Source: Octopus sinensis
Taxonomy: Eukaryota
Direction of reading: 5' to 3'
NCBI RefSeq assembly: GCF_006345805.1
Contig: NC_043016.1
Span: 27,156,001 to 27,220,000, forward strand
Length of the DNA stretch: 64,000 nt
Positions 62,992 to 64,000 of this stretch are shown piece after piece. The notes under the pieces were generated by a model. The model was not told the DNA's origin and made no database searches. It saw only the letters and a list, made by a program, of their open reading frames with translations. The translations under genes and the position numbers were made by a program. Positions within the stretch are counted from its first letter, which is position 1, and each line of letters opens with the position of its first letter.

Positions 62992-64000
62992 CTGAAATAG
63001 ACATATATCTATAATAATCAAAAATGGATACGTAATAATGTTATCGGAGGCTGTTTAATGTATTTTCTTCCACTACTTACTCTGCCCATGCTAGTACAGT
63101 TTGGACTGATATTTATATAAAACATTATCATGGCCAGATGCCTTTCCTGTTACCAACCCTTACTTGTTTCTCATGTAAGGGATTTTTTTCATTCCAGAAT
63201 TCTGAGTTATTCCAAAGTGCAGAATACATTGACAATGAATGTAAACATGGACATCATATTTGCTGCTCAGATGGTCCCATGTGAAAATGCAGAACATTTA
63301 CACACACACACACACACACACTTTATATATACCTATGAAAAACTTTGTTTTTTTAACTGTAGAACTCAAGGTAAAGCTATAAATAACGGCATGCAAATAT
63401 TGGGTTAAAGACTCTTTCCTATTGCTCAAATTCAGTTTTGAAATATAGGGTGGCTGGAGGTCAAAAGTAGACCTGGCCAAGGTGACAAGCAATTTTTGTC
63501 TCCACATAATCATTCTTGTAAGCACAAGTTCTTTCCTATGAATACACTTATACCAGTTTCAGTTTCTGTTATTAAGTTTAGGGCCATCATTACAATTGTC
63601 TCTAGTTGCTAAAGGGTCAGCATTTTGTACTTTCTTAGTGTACTGGAAGTGATGTGCTCAATCACACATGCTTTTAATCTTACCAAGCTCGACCAAGCTA
63701 GGCATTATTATGTAGGTACCAGTAATACAATGGTTCAGAAGGACATCTTTCAAGAACATGCAAACTCACAAAATAACCTAAAAACTGTTCAGCTCAAGGT
63801 TAGGCTTGATCACGTTTAATCTTGAGAGTGCTGCCTAAATTTGTTTAAGATGGCAGGGTGTGATCTGAAGAATACTTTGCTTTTTCTAACAGGTAGATCA
63901 ACGATGTAGAGGCTTCCTTGATGAGTAAAAATACTGAAAAGGTGTAATATTAGATGATGATGATTGATAATAAAGAATCTCACTGCATGGCAGCTTAGAC

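Overview
AT-rich, intron-rich eukaryotic DNA. The SINE, RTE-LINE and microsatellite content strongly suggests a coleoid cephalopod, probably Octopus (inference, no database search). Two protein genes converge. On +, the last five exons of a SIPA1L/SPAR-family Rap-GAP gene (43-10054). On -, the 3' half of TRAPPC11 (seven well-supported exons from 62991 down to 32401, plus a tentative last exon at 30167-30126). About 270-280 TRAPPC11 codons are missing, probably lost in the 100-N gap at 37251-37350. Most of the rest is transposon-derived: two young RTE LINE copies, many 5'-truncated RTE 3' ends, three tRNA-derived SINE families, Penelope-like relics, an R4/Dong-like relic, and hAT, piggyBac-like, mariner and Tigger-like MITEs. 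The main unexpected result is a set of hammerhead ribozyme (HHR) motifs. An intact type-I HHR (39515-39576, +) sits in an ~800-nt leader ahead of a near-full-length RTE LINE. That leader also has a candidate GT-AG intron whose removal joins an upstream ATG in frame to the endonuclease-RT ORF, an arrangement recalling Penelope-like elements rather than RTEs. A minimal HHR lies in a 172-bp insert flanked by a 12-bp target-site duplication (27820-27991). Further degenerate HHR cores occur in palindromic repeats. All exon structures and folds were worked out by hand, and homologies rest on recalled protein sequences.
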